This document shows, in pieces, positions 22,072 to 26,037 of a stretch of DNA of 26,037 nucleotides. Source of the DNA: Octopus sinensis (lineage: Eukaryota); NCBI RefSeq assembly GCF_006345805.1, contig NW_021835675.1:1-26037 (forward strand). The letters run 5' to 3'. How positions within the stretch are numbered: position 1 is the first letter of the stretch; each line of letters opens with the position of its first letter. Under the pieces are notes generated by a model. It saw only the letters and a program-made list of their open reading frames with translations, was not told the origin of the DNA and made no database searches. A program made the position numbers and the translations under genes.

Positions 22072-22151
<80 letters not shown>

Positions 22152-22153
<2 letters not shown>

Positions 22154-22630
22154 TCTTTTTATTGGCCACAAGGGCTAACAAATATGATTGGAAAACATAA
22201 AGGGACAAAACAGGACGAAAGGTTACAAAAGGTTTTGTCCGTTTGTCGAAAGAAAAAAGTCTGTGTAAACAAGCTTTACAACAACGAAAAAAATTCAACA
22301 ATTTACAAAACTACCAATAGAGGAGACGCTTCGAAAAAAGAAAAGGTCTCACGTGGAAAAACCCATAAAAGCCACGGGAGCCTGGTCAAAAGGGGGGGGG
22401 GGTAGAGAGCCCCTTTCTCCTTTTATAATACCTTTTTCAATTACAGGCGAAACCTCAGAATTGGTCCATTTATACTGGCCATTCTTGCACAATCCACCCA
22501 CCTTTCAGAAGCCTTACAAAGGCTTCCTGCTAACGATTCTGACCTTGGCAGATAAATCCTATTCATTTGCTAAAAAAGAGATGAAACTGCAGTACAGGAT
22601 TAGCTGAGATGGTAAACGTTTTTGATTTTT
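22152..22630 (-). mobile_element. Tx1/L1-like 3' terminal fragment (ORF2 C-terminus + 3' UTR)
   Basis: Minus strand ERWVDCARMASINGPILRFRL* parallels the end of the 7270-9400 element (LVNIMGMAQVNESILIVSL*); 3' end cccttgtggccaataaaaaga. Confidence 0.6.
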
Positions 22631-23169
22631 ATTCCATTTCATGAATTTATCCCCTTTTTGTGTATCTAGCACTCGCTTCTTTATTTGGAGACCTTTTAAT
22701 GTATTTATATATGAATAACGCATAGTCTAATGACTAATTCGTCTTTTGTGCTAGGTCACTGGTAATAATAATTTATTTTATTACCCTATTTACTATGTTT
22801 ATATATATATATATATATATAGTGACATTGAAGGACACATCTTTCTATTTACAATTTAATATAGTAGAACATTTAGTATATGTGTGTATATGTATATATA
22901 TGTGCGTGTATATTTATATTGCCTGTTATATACATTATATTATTTTTGTAATTTACTTCATCTTTACTTTTTAATTGTCACTTTAATTTTAACTTTCCTA
23001 TGATATGCAATTTTCAAGATTGTGTAATTTAGTTGTTCATTTTGAATCGATAAAAGGTGTTTTTTTTCTAATATTTCATGAATAAGCATGTATATATATA
23101 TAGTGGTATAAATATCAACACAATTTTTTCCCCTTCCTCCCTTCTTTTTCTTTTTTTTTCTCTCTTCCC

Positions 23170-23193
23170 TTCTCCAAACACACAGACACCCAC

Positions 23194-23233
<40 letters not shown>

Positions 23234-23280
23234 ACGGACACACACACTGACACACACACAGACACACACACACACACCTC
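23170..23280. repeat. Imperfect (CA)n
   Basis: Direct observation. Confidence 0.9.
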
Positions 23281-23868
23281 CACAAAACGATCATAAAAAG
23301 TGGAAAGAATTCTTAAACCCAAAAAAGCATTTGACCATTCTCACAATGATAAAAGGAAATATAATTTATGGCCTACTTCCCCGCCACCACACACTCAGTG
23401 ACCCTGTGAAGTGGTCAAAGCTGAAATTCTTTTTTTTCCCTAAGGCCTTAGAACCCCCTTGGAGTCAATATTCTGTCCAGCAGACCAAAAAAATTCTTTC
23501 CTTCTTTCCTCTCCCTTCCCCTCTTTCTCTTTAGCACTCACCCTAGATACAAAAACACACACACGCACACACACATACACACATGTTCTCTCTCTCACTT
23601 TCTCCTCATCCATCATCCTCTTGTACTGTCTTATATTCCTCCCCACCACTACGAAACTCTATAAAATGATCAAATTCCCCACACAGGAACTTAGTTTGAT
23701 TTGAAAACCCCACTAGAATGGAGAGAAGCGCTAATGATCTAAGTGATATGATATATATATAAAAAATGTAATATATAAATAAATATCTGTAAATATAAAC
23801 CATCCGATCTTCTGAGTACTCATTTCTTCTAATATATAATATTGTACATCATCTCCAAACCTTCCAAT

Positions 23869-23906
<38 letters not shown>

Positions 23907-23940
23907 ATAATATATATATATCACATCACATATGATGTGC

Positions 23941-24285
23941 CATACTAATACACACACCAACTAATACATACTAAATGTACTAATACATACTAGTACATAC
24001 TAATACTTACACCAACCCTATACATACACACGTCCAGACTCCGCATACGCACTTATACTCTCTCACACACACACACACACACCTATACATACCAATACGT
24101 ACTAATACATACTAAACATACTAATACAATACACCAACCCCATACATACGCAGTCCAGACCAATCTTACGCACTAATACTCTCTCATACACACACACAAC
24201 AACACACACACACACACACACCTATACATACTAATACATACACCAACCCTATACATACACACATCCAGACCCCTCCCACGCACTT
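23941..24285. repeat. Compound minisatellite, three units of ~110-120 bp
   Basis: actaatac..acaccaacc(c)tatacatac..tccagac..acgcact recurs at ~24000, ~24121 and ~24230. Confidence 0.75.
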
Positions 24286-24395
24286 TTAGCTGGTCCCTCA
24301 ACCCTTTTATCAACCCTATTATCTCCCCTTATTTCGCTCTCGCGTCTCATGTTTGATCTTTGACCTCTGGCCGAAATCAGATCGCCATGTTGATT

Positions 24396-24590
24396 CGTTA
24401 GCTACTGCACGCATTTTTTTTCTCTCCTTCTTTCTGTGTTTTTCTCTCTCTGTGTATCTTTCTGTTGAAGAGCGTAGGCTCGAAACGTTAAAGACTTGTT
24501 TTATTTATATTTCCTGAGCGCCATACTAATACAATTGTTCGTTTGTTTTTTCCACCTGCCTTCGTCTTTGTTTATTTTCAAAAGCTTCCC
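24396..24590 (+). mobile_element. ~200-bp repeat family with a hammerhead-like motif, copy 1
   Basis: Homologous to 25301-25505 and 25599-25800 (opposite strand); followed by (TA)n(GA)n. Confidence 0.85.
24457..24494 (+). ncRNA. Minimal type I hammerhead-like motif (variant core CUGUUGA)
   Basis: UCUUU-CUGUUGA-A-GAGC(GUAG)GCUC-GAA-ACGU-U-AAAGA. Confidence 0.5.
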
Positions 24591-24611
24591 GTTATATATA
24601 TATATAATATA

Positions 24612-24696
<85 letters not shown>

Positions 24697-24830
24697 AGAA
24701 AAGAGAGAGAGAGAGAGAGAGAGAGGAACAGATAGAGAGTCAAAGAAGGAAAGACGTGTGGACGCGCAGGTGTAAAACAAGATGGAAAGTATTGTGCTCG
24801 AATACTAAAGGCAGAGGGAAATGGAAGGGC

Positions 24831-25288
24831 TAGAGGCAGTTATCTTTAATTGTGGGTGTAAAAATTTGGGAGATTTTGGAAAGGGGGGTAAAATTTTTCA
24901 ACTTTTAAAAAGAGTACATTTTTGCCCTATTTTTAGATTTAATTTTTTTCTGTTTGCATTATTTGGTTGACATGGGTAAAAATGGCATTGTGTTAAAGGC
25001 TAAAATTTTAGCTTTCATTTGCATCATGAACTGTTAAAATATACCAGAAAAAAGTATCAAATTTCATAAAATTTGAAGTAATTTTGAATTATTTTTGTGA
25101 TTTTACGTGCACGCGTAAGAGAAAGTAATGGAGAGTCCGAGAGAAAGGAAGAGTAGGAGAGTAGGAAAGTGAGAGAGGAAGGAGAGAGAAACAAAGAAGG
25201 AGAATGTACCGATAAGAAACAGAAAGGAAGCAAAAGAAAGTAACAACTACACCCTCACCCGCGCGTAGAGCGGGTCACCTTAAGCTAG
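24831..25288 (+). mobile_element. Non-autonomous Helitron-like element (3' end clear, 5' boundary uncertain)
   Basis: GC hairpin acccgc-gcgtaga-gcgggt (25257-25275), CTAG at 25285-25288, then T. Confidence 0.6.
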
Positions 25289-25300
25289 TATATATATATT

Positions 25301-25505
25301 GGGAAAGTTTACGAAAATAAACAAAAGACGAAGGCAGGTAGAGTACAAACAAACAAATGTATTAGTATAGCGCTCAGGAATAGAAAAAGTCTTTTACGTT
25401 TCGAGCCTACGCTCTTCGACAGAAAGATACACAGAAAAAAAACAAAGAGAGAAAACGATGAGGAAAAACAAGGAGAGAACAAAAAATGCGTGTTGGAGCT
25501 AACGA
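25301..25505 (-). mobile_element. ~200-bp hammerhead-like repeat family, copy 2
   Basis: Reverse complement of the 24396-24590 family; (TA)n on both sides. Confidence 0.85.
25390..25427 (-). ncRNA. Minimal type I hammerhead-like motif (variant core CUGUCGA)
   Basis: UCUUU-CUGUCGA-A-GAGC(GUAG)GCUC-GAA-ACGU-A-AAAGA. Confidence 0.5.
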
Positions 25506-25546
25506 TATATATATATATATATAATTATATATATATAATATATATA

Positions 25547-25582
<36 letters not shown>

Positions 25583-25598
25583 GTATATATGTATATGA

Positions 25599-25800
25599 TA
25601 GTTGAAATTTACAGAAAACAAAGACGAAGACAAGTGATGGAACAATAAGCAGGTGTTTTAGCTTAACACTTGTGAAAAATGGAAAAGCCTTTGGCGTTTC
25701 GATCCTACGCTCTACGACAGAAAGGATTGAGAGGGGGAAAATCAGTAGAGTACGAAAAATAAATAAATAAAAACGGAGGGAGGAGAAAATGTGCAGGCAT
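25599..25800 (-). mobile_element. ~200-bp hammerhead-like repeat family, copy 3 (most diverged)
   Basis: Motif at 25688-25725 on the minus strand: CCUUU-CUGUCGU-A-GAGC(GUAG)GAUC-GAA-ACGC-C-AAAGG. Confidence 0.7.
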
Positions 25801-26037
25801 TATATATATAATACAAACTGTTGGATAATAAGACTAATGGTTGATTGGCTGATGAAAATCAATACAAGCGGTTAATACTAGTAAAATAAAGTTGAATTTT
25901 TTATTTGGTTTATGACAGTCACATGGCTTACATCGATCACATTATAGGTTTTACTTATCCTTTTATATTATTACTCTCACATTGAACTATTTGAATTGTT
26001 CGCAGGGAGAAGGGGGTTCTTATCTTCTCATACATTT

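Overview
This is AT-rich, microsatellite-saturated eukaryotic DNA with no intact protein-coding gene. The two tRNA-derived SINE families suggest an intron or intergenic region of an Octopus-like cephalopod genome (inference). The non-microsatellite sequence is mostly mobile-element debris: five distinct 5'-truncated R4/Dong-type retrotransposons, all on the + strand inside (AAT)n arrays; a 2.7-kb CR1-type LINE; two Tx1/L1-type fragments; SINEs, including inverted pairs; and Helitron/Helentron-like pieces. There is also a tandem-plus-fold-back duplication at 15.2-16.6 kb. The most notable signal, which the ORF track misses, is a set of type-I hammerhead ribozyme motifs in short non-coding elements sitting in (TA)n tracts. 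One has a fully canonical core (11622-11704, minus strand), one is near-canonical (12115-12174), and three belong to a ~200-bp family with a shared CUGU(N)G core variant and a covarying stem I (24.4-25.8 kb). One possible host-gene exon lies at 10646-10830 on the minus strand. All calls were made by eye, and TE boundaries are approximate.
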